A stretch of DNA of 63,580 bases, the filler included, from Choristocarpus tenellus KU-1152 (taxonomy: Eukaryota > Protista > Phaeophyceae), in assembly GCA_964200185.2 (NCBI GenBank). It is 7 parts of 7 records of this genome, joined end to end, with 100 filler letters (N's around TTAATTAATTAA, not from the genome) between each part and the next. Parts side by side here need not be neighbours in the genome. Positions count along the whole stretch, not along the records: positions 17,939 to 30,807 come from CAXNAD020001680.1; positions 30,908 to 33,598 come from CAXNAD020025620.1; positions 33,699 to 41,897 come from CAXNAD020005009.1; 4 more parts are not named here. The stretch is one strand, 5' to 3'. Below the pieces are notes generated by a model that was given only the letters and a program-made list of their open reading frames with translations, had not been told where the DNA came from and did no database searches. Below, in pieces: positions 24,951 to 38,118 of the stretch. The number at the start of each line of letters is the position of its first letter. Position 1 is the stretch's first letter. Position numbers and translations under genes: made by a program.

Positions 24951-25149
24951 GAGACTGAGGAGGGCATCCGTTCATATCTGAAGTTATATTGCATATGTCA
25001 TGGTTTTGCTGTGTGGAAAGGAGAGGGTGTCCTGTCTACTCAGAAAGTCTCATCAATATAGTGTACAATATCTGAACCGGGGCGTATGTGTGAAGAGGTT
25101 TATGATGTATGTGTGTGTGCTGTATGAATTTATGCATGTATGCAGCAGA

Positions 25150-26250
25150 AATGTTGTCTGCTACCCTTTTGCATCCACTTGGAAGATGTAAGGTGTGATG
25201 TTGCAATCCTTCCAGTGTATTGCTCCTTGGAGCTCAGCAATCTGGACAGTGCAGTGGAAGTAGGAAGGGGCACAGAGTCCGTATCATATGTGTCCTCATG
25301 GAGATACTGGGGCAGTGGCGTTGTACCAGTGTCACTCAAAACAACTGTAATTTATTCAGGTTTGGTAGTGTTTATAGTGAAGTGCAGGGTTGGTTGGAGT
25401 ACATGGTGACCCTTAGGCATAATCTTTGTTTCTGGACATGCAGTTTGCCCTCAAAGTTCCGTGCTGCATTGCAGCAAGAAGATGTAAACCCATGCAACAG
25501 GAAAAGAGAACAGAGGCCTTGACTGTTCCTCATACTGGGACGTCTTGTTCACTGAGGTCCCGCCTCTCTTGAAGCAATCCGCACCTGCTTCAAATATCTT
25601 GTGAACCTTGAAAAGACTGTTGTTGACTGTACAAATATCAACAAAAAAGGGTGAGAAGTTGAAGAAGCAGTTTAATGTTCTTAGTACTACTTCACCTTCA
25701 TCTACCAATTCCAAAGATGAGTAAGTCAGGATATTCACTCCCAAGTGATTAGTTCGCCTTTAGTTATCCACAATATGGACTTTTTGTGGTTGACTTGGAT
25801 TTTATTCATGCACAACACCACCCATAACGCTTCGTGCTTGCTTGAAGGTATTGTACTTCAAGTGTGATATTCAAACCGTATTCATTGGCAGCAGCATTGT
25901 GTGTGTTTTTATCCTCCTAAGCTCACCCTGTCGCTTTTGTAGCCAGAGGTACATAGCCAGAGAGGTTACAAGTGCAGGGAAACTGAACTGTTGTGATCAA
26001 AGTCTATCAACAATGTTTTGTGACAACTTCCATTATGAAAATACCACAAGTCTTTGATGGATTTTTTGGGGGGTGTCAATAGTAGCAGCATGTCGAAAGG
26101 CTCCTTTTCTCACACGGTCTAGACAGAGGACATCAGCAGATTCCAGTGCTCTTCCTCAGTCAAAAGGAAATCCCTTGATGTATTTGCCATTTTGCACTTT
26201 ACAATACATTGCTGCTGGGCTGTGCATGGCAGGAATTGCTTTAATCTCAT
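25150..26250 (-). mobile_element. Possible highly decayed Copia-like pol remnant
   Basis: Scattered frame-shifted pieces in plausible order (AAANEYGLNITLEVQYLQA, KKSILWI, LELVDEGEVVL, CFKRGGTSVNKTSQY) loosely resemble Copia RT segments. No intact catalytic motif. Confidence 0.3.
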
Positions 26251-28050
26251 AATATTGTCCGCCTTACTGAGAGGTACTCGATGCTACTTAAAGTGGCAAT
26301 GCATTCATGTGTAACAATACAGTTTGGGGTAAATGGTGGGCACGTTGATGGTTGACTGCATGAAAATTATTATATATATATATATATAGTTGATTTTTAT
26401 CACAAGCGTGATGAAAATAGAGCACTTGCCAGTTACAGTCCGTATGTATGATAATAGGGTGCATTCTATTCTAAGTCCTTCTGTCAGTGGTACTTTACTC
26501 ATCCAGTACTTCAATGTATACTTCAAAGGAAGTCAGATGCTCCAGGGGGGAGCACTACTTCGTCTGCATTTCAACTTAGGTCCATATATTGGTATTGGAC
26601 GTGCTTAAAAGTAACATGCAGAAAACCTCGTCTATGGACTTCCAAAGACCAAACTGGGCTATCTCGGTGATTGTTATTGTTAGGGCTACTACTTCATATG
26701 AAAGTTACCTTTTTATGATAGTTGAACTAGATTGTTGCAGAGAAAGTCTCATATATATATATATAAGATTTACGTATAATGCGTAAGATTGGGCTACAAT
26801 ATTTGTTCCACAAAGGTGAATCCTCTATATATCTGTACAAAAACTATTAATCCAAGGTATGTACTCCATATTAAAAAATGTTAACCACCCCTCATCCAAA
26901 GGAAACATCATCCTTCACATCTCCTGGTTATTGCAACAACCCCCCAATCCATCGTTACAGGTACATAGGACAACCTGACATTACTTGCAAACCTCAACCC
27001 TGCTGCCCTTCTACTAATAATGGACGTAAAGTACAAATGTATAACACAGCAACCAAGTTCACAGTGCATCAGCAGTAGTAGTAGTACTGGTATATACTAG
27101 TAGTTGGCATTAATACCACATCAACTAATCACTACTATGAAGTATTATTGTTCTTTTTTTTCACCACAACCACAACTAACTGCTTCCAGGTACAGTTAGC
27201 ACGGGTGAATGAGAACACAGGCAAACCACACACACTTAACCCTAAATCAATGTATCAAAAAGTCTTTCCTGTGAGCAATACAGACTCTGCCGCTGTCAAG
27301 TTGTATCTTCTATATTGCTTTGCTTACATGTTACTTGTTCTCTCCACCATGATGATGACATGCACAAAATGTCAGTGTGGGCATAATAATATTCTGGACA
27401 TCTTACGTGTCTTCACCATAAGCTACCAATATATTTTTTGGTTGGGTATCCCGTACCTAGTCCCTTACCAGTGTTCGGATGCCATTAGTAAATTCATACT
27501 CCAACTTCCACTTTGAAAGGTGAAGTAGTACAAGTTACACCACGAGTCGCAGTTAGTGTAACTCCCGAATCACGACACAATTTTTTTGTCTGAGCACTTC
27601 CAACTGATCAGTCTTGAGGGAAACTCAATAGCCAGTCTGATCTAAAACCTATCCTGTTGGATTCAATACTTGTCATCAAGTTGTCATCAAGTTGTCATCC
27701 CTGAAACAATTTACCTTGGCAATTTGGACAATCTGATCCCCCTCTACCTAGATGATGGTAAAAAAGACGGTAAACCGTGTGGAAGTTTGGTTGGTGTGGA
27801 GATCCTGTGAACTTGGATAATGGGGAATGATACACAAAACTGAACTTTTATGTTCCTCCCACAAAAATAAGATATCCTGGACCACTCGTGTGTCGAAATT
27901 AAATTAGAAATGGTATCTCACTAACGCATACACTATACTTGTTTCTTCCATTTCCAGACATGTGTCGCTCTGAAGCGCTGAATATGCCCTAGAGCCTCTA
28001 CAAATGAGGTCTTCGATATTCTCAGTTCTTTGGTCCTTTTCTGGGAAGGC

Positions 28051-30807
28051 ATGGCTGGTGTAGCAGGTGAGGATAGTGGGAGAACTTAATCAGTCGCTGG
28101 TCTAGGAATGCGACGAGAGATATTCACTGGATCTCGCTTGGTGAATGGAGATTTGCCCTTGGTATTCTTCAATGTCTGTCCTATTTGGCCCACTCGGATG
28201 CCCATTTTCTTCCCCTCGCAGAGGACGAGATTATCGAGCACACCCTCGCACAGATCGCAGAATGCTACGTATTTGAGCTCCCTCCTCGGATTCGGGCAGA
28301 GGGATGGCGGTAAGAGTATAACTGAATCTCCTGATTTTGCCAGTCTCGTTCTGGGACGAGGGTGAATATTTGACAAAGGAGTAGACGGTCCAACAATAAT
28401 TACAAATGTGCAGCTGGGCAAACCTTTGAAATTGTGCTAACATGAATGCCCCCTTGCATCTCAGTGCGGCAGATATGACAAAGCAAATGTGGACCGGGCG
28501 ACTAAGAGTAGTTCAGCGAGGTATGGAGGCAGCAGTGATGCTGATTGACAGGTGCTAATCTTTGACCTTAGATGAAAGAGTTCCTTGTAAACGGTTCATT
28601 CGCTCTACAGCAGGGAAGTACAAGAATCCCACTCTAGGCTAGATATGTCAACCCGTAGCTCACTATCTCGGTGTCCAGGAATTTCCACTTTGTTTGTATC
28701 GGAATGTCGTCTCCGTAACTCACTTGTCTGCCCCCTCCCCCCTCTCACTCCCCCCTCTTGCCCACACGCCTAGGCGCGACGGTAAGCTCTTCGCCATATG
28801 TCAGGTGGAGAAAGGGGCTGTGGAGCGGGTCCCGGACAGCAGTCGATACTTCGTTATCAAGATCAAGAACGCACAAGGGCGACACGCTTTTGTGGGACTG
28901 GCCTTCAATGATCGCAATGAGGCCTTCGACTTCAATGTAGCCCTCCAGGAGTTTAACAAGTGAACAGCAAAAACCAGATACTATGACAGTATAAGTTTGA
29001 GAGACATACGCATAGTTATGCAAAGTTGAGCGCCTTACAAGCTCTGGTATGGGGTTGGGAACGTGGGGCAGCCAGAGTTCCACAATTTTGCATGGTGCTT
29101 CGCACCTCCCTCCCATTTTCTCCCTTCCACATATCGGTGTGTCTTACAACATTGCTCTACATATTCTTTGCCATTCAAGTGTCATGACCTTGAGCTTTGT
29201 GTTTTACATTAGTTCATCAATTAGTGGGTGCCACTTCTCCCTGTGGTATTCGTTGAAACCGTGGTCCTCATGCGTTTGGTAGATATGTACAAACGTTTCA
29301 TTTTCCGCTCATGGTCTCTCTGCCCAACTCCTCGACTTATGTGTCTGCATTGAAATTGTTTGTGTCCCTGCCACAACAGTTGCTTGCAAATGAAGTGTGT
29401 GAATTGTTTCTTTCGTTGAGATGGGCCTTTTAAGGTACATTGAAAACCTCTACTGAACCCCTTGTCAACGTACACAATTGGATCACTGCAGGGACTTGGA
29501 ACGTGACATTATATTGGAGCAGCAGCACCAGAAGGAAGAGAGTGATTCCGCTGGGCCTACAATGGACTTCAGCCTCAAGCAAGGAGAGAAAATCAAAATT
29601 GCCATTGGCAGTAAGGTAGGCATTAATATTTACATAGTTTACCCATTCAATGCCCCACACCCCAAACTAACTTCAGCATTTTGGATAAGTTCCTACTGAA
29701 GGAGTTTAGCTGGGAATTCGCCAGAATGGGTGGTACTCCATCTGACAATGATCAGTGCAATGGTGTGTTAAAGGGTGGACTAACCATAAAAACAGATTCA
29801 TCAAGGCAGTTGTTGTAAAGTTGTAGACTAACATAGCCATCTGTTCACAGAAGTGAACCCACACAACTCGAGCATTGTTCTCACATTTGTTCCACCTGCA
29901 TATCCTTTCGTGAGCCACTATCAAATGGAATTTGTTAAGATTTCATACAGTGCCTTCCCCCCTGTAAACATTCCACTTGCTCCCCCTGGGGTCTCGCAGA
30001 CCGTTGCATCATGAGTCTTGTACATGCTATACCCCAACTATTGTCTTCCCTGCAAGTTTCATAAAGTTGCTCTTTTGGAAACTTTGTTGTAATTTGTGCA
30101 TAACATTGTTTGGTCATTGTAGGTTGCTTTTATGTCAGTATGTAGCAATCAATCCCAAAGTTATTGGCATAGTTCAATGATTTTTAATTGGTCATTTTTT
30201 CCTTTATCTTTTTGTGGTAAGGGGAGTTTTGTAGTAGTTTTGGGTGGTTTGCTAGGCAGCTGTGCTGATTTTAGACAGTTCATAGTGGCACTCCATTTTT
30301 CTCCCATGCTAACACAAACTCGACAAGTCCCAAGGCCAGACGCTTCAATTGGGGAGCATGTGAAGTAACTCCCCAACGATTCAACCTGGTTGTTCACAAG
30401 GATGGACTACCATTGTCTCTATATAAAATCCAATTAGATGTTAACGGTACTAGGATACACTTGTAGGCAGCAGCCCAAATGCCCCCCTTCATGTTGCCCT
30501 ATCTTTTTTTTGTTCAAGTTGTTTACACACTGATCTTATCCTCCTGTTCACCATAATTAATATGTATGAATAAAAAAAAATATTCGAACAGACTTCAAAC
30601 CGCCCCAAAAGGTCTGGGATAGGTACAGGAAAGAGTGGGTTTGCACTGGCTCCACCGCCAGGGGACACTGCCACTAGGAAGTTGGGAGGTGCTGGAGGTG
30701 AGGGTGGGCTCCTGGCACCCCCTCCTGGTGATAGCCGCCGTACACGTATCAAGCAGCCAGTTCCCCCATCTCCAAAGATAACCACATCTCCAGTCGCAAG
30801 TGATGAG
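28051..30807 (+). CDS. NECAP: Adaptin ear-binding coat-associated protein (NECAP, PHear domain), 3' truncated
   Basis: Exons 28051-28066, 28222-28309, 28465-28551, 28774-28959, 29492-29615 and 30592-30807 (runs into gap) splice in phase. Motifs: [16 protein letters not shown]...[22 protein letters not shown]...[42 protein letters not shown]. Confidence 0.95.
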
Positions 30808-30907
30808 NNNNNNNNNNNNNNNNNNNNNNNNNNNNNNNNNNNNNNNNNNNNTTAATTAATTAANNNNNNNNNNNNNNNNNNNNNNNNNNNNNNNNNNNNN
30901 NNNNNNN
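30808..30907. other. Artificial contig linker
   Basis: N-run with TTAATTAATTAA. Confidence 0.97.
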
Positions 30908-31335
30908 TTTCTCTTTTTTTGCAAAAGGACCCCCCTTTTTTTTCCCCCCCCCCCCCCCCCCCAGATACTTTAGGTCCAACTTCACCTCTCCTCTGGAAAA
31001 TTAAACGTTCTCTTCATGCAATGAGTATCGTATTCTGGTTTAGCAAGAAGCAGACAGTGCAACATTGGAATATTTGAGAAGACTTCGAACCACACTCTCC
31101 TAAACTGACAAACAAAAGATACCTCTTGTTGAGAGCAGAACTTGTAATGGATGCACATGCCTTGAGTCTCTTCGCGAGAATACTACAGTTGTGGGGTCTG
31201 GAATAGCAACGAGGCAGAATTTCCACTAGGCTAGTAGGTGTCAATGCGCAGCTCCCAACTCCCCCTTCTCTAATCTTGACGTTGTTCTAATTTGCCTAGG
31301 TATGTGCTTTCCTAACCTGATCTTCGTGTGCCTGT

Positions 31336-31594
31336 AAGTGAAAGTATCTTAGAGGGTACAAATTTTGCCCTGTTTGTCCTTTTCGGATTCGGCTTCCCTT
31401 GGACTTTTTATGACATTTTACCTACTATGAAACGTTTTGGAGAAGGTAAAATGTGTATGTTATGAAAACGTGTGTCTGAAGCAAGGATATAGACACTTCC
31501 TAACAAACATGATAGACAAATTTACATCGAAATTGCAACATTTTATTTTGGCCCCCAAATGGACACGTCTCTACCCTCTATGATACCTTAACTC
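31336..31594 (+). mobile_element. ~260-bp MITE, copy 3
   Basis: AAGTGAAAGTATCTTAGAGGGTA ... TACCCTCTATGATACCTTAACTC, with the same internal core. Confidence 0.85.
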
Positions 31595-31692
31595 TGTTCT
31601 CTGGATTATGAATTGTGCACCCCACCACCTCAGAACAAGGTTTGGGGGGTCTTGTCGGTCTTCCTGTTCACCTAAACTCCTTACCATGCCAG

Positions 31693-32820
31693 GAGTATCC
31701 CATGAAGAATCCAACAGGCACAGTACCAAAGGGCTTACCAGCTCAGTCCAGTGATTGCAAGGCGGACTTGGATCTCAGCCTTGGTATCAGAGAGACAAAA
31801 GGCAAGAGTAGGGACACAAAATTCGACAAGGTCAAGGACAGCAACCGGAGGAACAAGGGGAGACAGGGGGGACCATTTAGACAGCAGACAAGGGCCGGTC
31901 AGTGTCAAATATTGAGGCCACAAACAGCACCAATTCCAAGGGAGAAGGAGATCCACCCAGCAATAGGACAGGTATGGAAATCGTTTACTCAACATGCAGG
32001 TAGTGGTAAGTTGGGAAGAAAATATCTCAAAGTCTATGACTATCCTGTCTTCCCACGGAAGATTATGTACTCTATTGATAGGTAGTATCCTGAGCATGGT
32101 TGGAATAAAAAAAATACTTAGCTCTGCGTGTTCATGGAGGTGAGCAGTAGTACTCGATGTTTTTTATATTCTACGATGTTAATGAATTGCCTCAAAATCT
32201 TTTGTGGCTTGCCCAACACCCCAATCATATTCAAAGCGGTGAGGCAACATAACACCAGCACTGTTAATGTGAGGTGGTGCTAAGGGTCAAGAATAGGAAT
32301 AAGAATTCACAATCAATCGAGAATCATAGTAGTCTTGTTGTTGTAATAATGTATCAGGATGGCATGCCATGCTTTCTTGACTTGATTGGTATCATTCAGT
32401 CACTATAACAACAAAGATGGCAAGATGATGCTCCAACTTTCTAACCCTTGCCCTTGTAGAAATGTGTCTTGTTCTAGCAACTAAATTCAAACCCATTAAT
32501 ATCACCTTGGCCATGCTGCAATAGAAACATAACACAAGCGTTGATCTTGAGACAACACCCTGCCTCTGTTGAACCTCCACCTCCTACGGTAATTGATTGA
32601 ATGAAGGTGATCGAGCTATATCTCCTCTCCAACTGGGGGCATGGCGGGGGATTTGGTCTGACTGGTCTTGAGGTGACTTCCCATTAGTCACACAAATTGA
32701 ACCCTATACAAATGCACCAATACACACTCTAGTCACAGCATAAATACTTCAGTAAAGTAGAGTCTCCTCTTGCAAATGCAACCATGATGATCCAGATGAG
32801 GCAATCAAGTAAAAGCCAAG

Positions 32821-32859
<39 letters not shown>

Positions 32860-33480
32860 CATTGGTTCGAAGTACTCTTCTGGATATGATCTGAGTCAAA
32901 GCATTTAAGAGGGTAGGGCCGTGTCCGTTCAGGATCACAAATCTAATGTTGTGTTTTTGATTAATTTTGGCTATCTTGTTTGTTAGCAAATATCAATATC
33001 CTTGCTCCGGACATACCCTTCATAGTCATGTACATTTTAGGTAACTGTGTTCACAAAGAAAACCGAAAAAGGGCATAAAAAACCGGTGGGAAGTCAAGCC
33101 CTGAACGGACAAACAGGGCAAAACTCCCTAACCCTCTTTAATGCTTTGGACTATCCTGCTGCAATGAGGGCTATGATTTCTAGGTGAAGAGAAGAGTTTT
33201 GAATAGATTTTTCATTTTGCTTGGTACAGCACCAATATGATATGAGTGCAAGCGTGGAGAGTCGAGGATTGAACCTCCAAATAGAGACATTGACTCAATT
33301 GCATCGTGACACTAGTGTAAACAGCCCAAATCCTGAAATTTTTTACCAATGCCACTATCTCATTGCAGTCTCCCTCTCATCATGGAAAACATACAGGTGC
33401 TCGGGCAAGACATGCATTCCATCCCCCTCAACCCATCTATGCTCTCCGTTGAGTTCAAACCTCTGGGTACAATGCCACAG
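31693..33480 (+). CDS. Internal exons of an unidentified gene
   Basis: Candidate phase-0 exons 31693-31971 (ccag|...CAG|gtatgg, 93 aa, hydrophilic) and 33397-33480 (acag|...CAG|gcaagt, VLGQDMHSIPLNPSMLSVEFKPLGTMPQ). No recognisable domain. Confidence 0.45.
32893..33153 (-). mobile_element. ~260-bp MITE, copy 4 (inverted, more diverged)
   Basis: GAGTCAAAGCATTTAAGAGGGTAG ... AACCCTCTTTAATGCTTTGGACT. The internal sequence is the reverse complement of the family core. Confidence 0.8.
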
Positions 33481-33527
33481 GCAAGTCAAGGGGTGGAACA
33501 AGGAGTAGAGATGGCATGATAACACTG

Positions 33528-33598
33528 TGCAAATTACCTTGGGAGGTAATGCCATTTGTTAGTAGTGAAGATAAGAAGGTGTGAAGCCTCACACGACC
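33528..33598 (-). repeat. Dispersed repeat, also at 61166-61236 in the opposite orientation
   Basis: TGCAAATTACCTTGGGAG...GTGTGAAGCCTCACACGACC is the near reverse complement of GGTCGTGTGAGGCTTCACAC...CTCCCAAGGTAATTTGCA. Confidence 0.8.
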
Positions 33599-33698
33599 NN
33601 NNNNNNNNNNNNNNNNNNNNNNNNNNNNNNNNNNNNNNNNNNTTAATTAATTAANNNNNNNNNNNNNNNNNNNNNNNNNNNNNNNNNNNNNNNNNNNN
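33599..33698. other. Artificial contig linker
   Basis: N-run with TTAATTAATTAA. Confidence 0.97.
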
Positions 33699-33839
33699 CC
33701 GGGATGGACACCCTAGTGTAGTCACCCCCCCCCCCCAGATACTTTGAGCCGCTACGGGAAGAATAGGAACGATTATCGTTGGGCAGTGTAACATCAAATA
33801 GATCTCCCCAATATTATTTTTTCCTCTAGCACCTCTCAC

Positions 33840-36435
33840 CTCAGCATGCTGATCCAAGCTAAACTAGCTCGTATCCTTCCACTTGTTGCCATAACCAGGA
33901 GAAGTGCACCTTCCTCCAGCTTGGACTCTTCTACCCTTGTAGTATTGACAACGAGCTGCCCCTGTTGACTGTGTTGACTGTGCTTCCACAATATGGACCC
34001 TTCTTCCGCATGCACATAGTTTAGTGGCACACCGGAATTGGACCCCAGAAATATTTATCGATTCTTATTACTTGTATTAGTGGTTTCGTTAAGTAGATCT
34101 AATAGTGCGCCATTTTTGTTCTGTGCCGAGTATGCCCCAACCGGTATGTCTGATTGATTATCACAATCCCTTACCTTATCCCGGTAGTGTGTTGTGGTGC
34201 AGACAGGGCTAGTGGTACCTAATTTAAGAGGCGTGTACATCTTTGTATCTCGGTATTTGAATGCTCAACTAACATTGGTGCAAGATCATATGAAATCTCG
34301 AAGGGGGGTCTCAGCCACCACTATTGACATACTGAACATATAAACCCTGCACCAATTGGTTACACCCTTTGGGCTGACTGAGTTCTATCAAGTATTTATG
34401 TGCCCTTTAATATGTTGCAGTAGTATATAATTCACCCACACTCAACTGCTGCACTCTGTAGAAGTATCTGGCAGCACTATTACTTTGACCTTTTGGGAAA
34501 GCAAGGAGTATATAATTATAATAGTTGCAACCCAGTGCATGTTCCACGAAATATATATATATATATATATATATGAAACAATCCGGGATCCAGGCCTGCC
34601 CCTTCCCTTTCATGTGTAGTTCGCTAGAAGCTGGTTTAATGAGAAACAAGCCATGGCCTTGAGCATGATTGCTAAATTTTACTTGGTCAGTTTTTCATTG
34701 CTTTCAACCCACCTATCTTTTAACGTCCCATTCCGTATCCTCTCTATAAAAAACGACGTCTAAAGTATTTTTGTTGAAATTCAGATGATGAGCAAAAATT
34801 CTTGTGTGGGAGTGGCCACTGTGATGATCAGTCCAAGTAGAGGGGAAGATACCAGGAGGGTCAATTAGCGAGGTGGGACACCATTGTGGACCACTTTCTG
34901 AGCAATGAGTACAATATTAGTGTGGGTACCTTGAATGGGAGTTTGCGTTCACACACCATGTGTGCCGTCATGCTAACGACGTAAACCATGATCGCATACA
35001 TGTGACTTACTGAGTGTATGGTACATCTTTTGTGCTATCGTCCTAGATCTTGTTGTACAAAATATATTTCAATTCCCATCGCTCATGACCACCCATCTGG
35101 AGACCAAAATGCGGAAGTCGTACAATAATGAAGGATCACAAGCAAAATACGTTTAGCTAGGTGAACCCTCTCTCCTTTTGCCCTACTTATTACTTGGCCT
35201 CTCTTCATGCGGCAATGCTGATGGTCATACTATCACCTAGTTGAGAGTCAAGAAAACATTTTGTCCTAGATGTCATCCTATGACTAAGTACTACTGGTGG
35301 TACCAATTCCCATGTGAGGGGACATGCCATCCTACCGCTTACTTGGACATGTACTTCTCACACACACATGAACCTGCTGGTAGTTGTTGCCCTGAGTGTA
35401 TAGTCTGCAAGAGATATTAAGAAGGAAGTGTTACGACATTTGCCTTATATCTAAAATAAACCTTGGGAAATTGCTTCTTCTCCAGCCAAATACTCCCAAA
35501 TTTGCACCCTCCTGAGCTTTTTTTCCCTATCCAAATCTAAATGAACCAGACCTTCAATTCCTTGTAATCCGATAAGAAGCATGAAACACACATTGTAGTA
35601 ACATGAGCCAATAAAAATTGGTACTTCGATCAATGTGCCATAAACTGCCAATAAAACCAAACACAAATATTTGACACGTACAAATTAAGACCCGAAGTAT
35701 TTAAGAGGGTAGGAGTTTTGCCCTGTCTGTCCATTTGTGGCTTGACTTCCCACGGGGGGTTTTTATTACATTTTCTTTGCCTACTCCAAAGTGTTTCGGA
35801 GTAGGTAGAATGTATGCGTTATGAAAAGGTGTATCCAAACAAGGATATTGACACTTTCTTACAAACATGATAGCCAAAATTACATCAAAATCACAACATT
35901 GGATTTTGACCCCCAAATGGACGCGGCTCTACACTCTAAAGGAAACATGAATCAAGACGATAACCACACACAAGTAACTTCATTACTGGAACCAAGTGTA
36001 TAACAAGGTCCAAGAAGAAACTCTGGGTGAGAAGAAGTCGTCAACCAGGCACACTACTTGCGAGATCCTTTTTACAGTATACACAGAGTGGATCACACCT
36101 CTTGCACTTCAACACGCACGACCAAACAGTGAACGGCTGGGGCCAAAAATAAATATTTGGTTGTTGTGCATAGATCATTTCATGATTGACCTTGGCTCCC
36201 ACTCCTATTCCCTCTTTTTGAGCATACGGACAAGCAACACTTTGGGTGGAGCATAGTTTTAAAAAGTACTGTAGACAAATCAGCTACACCAAAAGCAATC
36301 AGCTCTCCTCCAGGAACTTACTCGTCTTTTCATCATCACATATAAATTTCGGAGAGTATGGAGTGGGGACCCTCGACAAGTGGGATTTGGGAAAAAAAAG
36401 AAAAGCATGGGCGATGATGCGAGAGGTCCAGAACT
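33840..36435 (-). CDS. Candidate exons of an unidentified minus-strand gene
   Basis: 36435-36322 (A|gtaagt) and 35560-35462 (G|gtttat) are both phase 1-1 and join as ...PKFICDDEKTRIEGLVHLDLDREKKLRRVQIWEYLAGEEAISQG. A further candidate exon lies at ~33961-33840 (AG|gtgaga). No domain recognised. Confidence 0.4.
35689..35945 (+). mobile_element. ~260-bp MITE, copy 5
   Basis: GAAGTATTTAAGAGGGTAGG ... CTCTACACTCTAAA, with the same internal core and an eroded right TIR. Confidence 0.8.
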
Positions 36436-37274
36436 CTTGATGCCTGGCCTCAGCTCTAATCATGGATGGCAGAACACGTCTTTGTGTGGGTACATACATT
36501 GCCAGAAAAAAGGACAATAAGAGTGGGATTTTTCTCTTTCTTCTACTCATTCTAAGAACTGATGGCCTCGCTGCTCACTAGTTTACTACCCAATATTTAA
36601 TGGTAGTGAGGTGGACCTTCAACTGAGTACTTGAAAAGGTTGGTCCTCAATCGCAGCAATGAAATGTTAGAGTTCAACAGTTGCAAAGGAAATTCCATAA
36701 TAAAGCCCACTCCAAAAAAATATTAACTACTACATACGGTAAAATTAAGTCCAACGTGAAGAGAATCACATGTGTTGATCAGGAGGTTATCAACTCCCAA
36801 TTCAAGCATTAATCTGCGAGATGTATCTCTCTTTGTGCTGCAAAGTACAGCATTATACAATATGCATTACTCCAAAGTAACGTATTATCCACATAGAACT
36901 AAGCTACTGATTTATTTCCTCATCATCATCCAACATGTCCTGTGTTGCAAACCTCAATGACCAAAAAAGTCTCAACATGCTTCTCGTCTGACCATGTGAA
37001 TATATTACTTTGGTCCACTTGACGAGGTCCCTAGAACAGACGCCCAACCCTCCTATCCTATCATTTCCTTTCTACCTAAAACAATCAAGTCTCCACATGC
37101 TTATCGAACCTATGTATATTTTACTTGGTAAGACTCCAACAATAAACACACCTATATATAACTTCAAGTACCAACCACCCTACTCTCTTTCCACATCATA
37201 ACTACCGTTTTTGCTGCATTTTTCAGACTAAATGCCACGTTATTCTCAACATTGGTGTCTGGATGGCGAGAACT

Positions 37275-37430
37275 ATACATGACAGAGGAAGGTCAATGAA
37301 ATGCCTCCTATTCAAACAAAATGCCACACATCCTGCACTACATTGGTTTTGCACAATACATAACAGAGGAAGGTCAATAAAATGCCTTCAATTCAAACGA
37401 AAATGCCACACATCCTGCACTACATTGGTT
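37275..37430. repeat. Two-copy tandem duplication, ~81-bp unit
   Basis: ATACAT(G/A)ACAGAGGAAGGTCAAT..AAATGCC...AAAATGCCACACATCCTGCACTACATTGGTT occurs twice. Confidence 0.9.
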
Positions 37431-38118
37431 CTGCCTGAGAAGGAGAAGCTTGGGCATGGTAAGGGAGGGATACTAAGAGCTGGGTCGATTGAGTATCGCA
37501 CAACAAGCCTTGTATCTTTTACCAACATCTTCGTGCATGCCTGTACAAAATGAATAGGCATGCATCGATCACCTCATTTTCACTGAAGACATCCAGCTTC
37601 CTCCGGAATCAACGTGTAAAAAAATCCACTCTGAACTGAATACGACACAAGAATACAAAAATACAGGGGAAGACGCCACAGACAAGTCTCCCTTGGTGTA
37701 CAATTTGACAGTAAGCAATGAACACATTGCATCTATTTTGGATAATATGGACACTTCATTCAAAATCTCAACCACTTACTCGATACAGATCCTTGGTGCT
37801 AACTATTATAGGGAGGGAAACGATCGGAGTGTGTGGGAGTCCGACTGGCTGCCACAAGGCGAGGCAAACGATCAGACTTCTTGATTGGGGCCCCTTAGAT
37901 CATTCTGGCAATCTAAAGCAGAGGCCATCTAGTGGACGGCTCATCTACTGTGACAAATGAGCTCAGGACAAATTCGAGGTTGAATCACCGTATGTATTCT
38001 CATACGATGAACCCCAATGGACGCCCAGCACACCTGTGGACATATCGCACACCCTGTTCTTCTGCTTTCTCTACGTGGATGAGGACGAAACCTCGCACCC
38101 TCCTGAAGCCCCTGTCCC

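Noticed and set aside
33257-33335. tRNA-like segment on the minus strand (GAGGTTCAATCCTC...CCA)
   Set aside because: Only a T-arm-like stem is present. No acceptor, D or anticodon stems could be formed, so it is at most a SINE relic.
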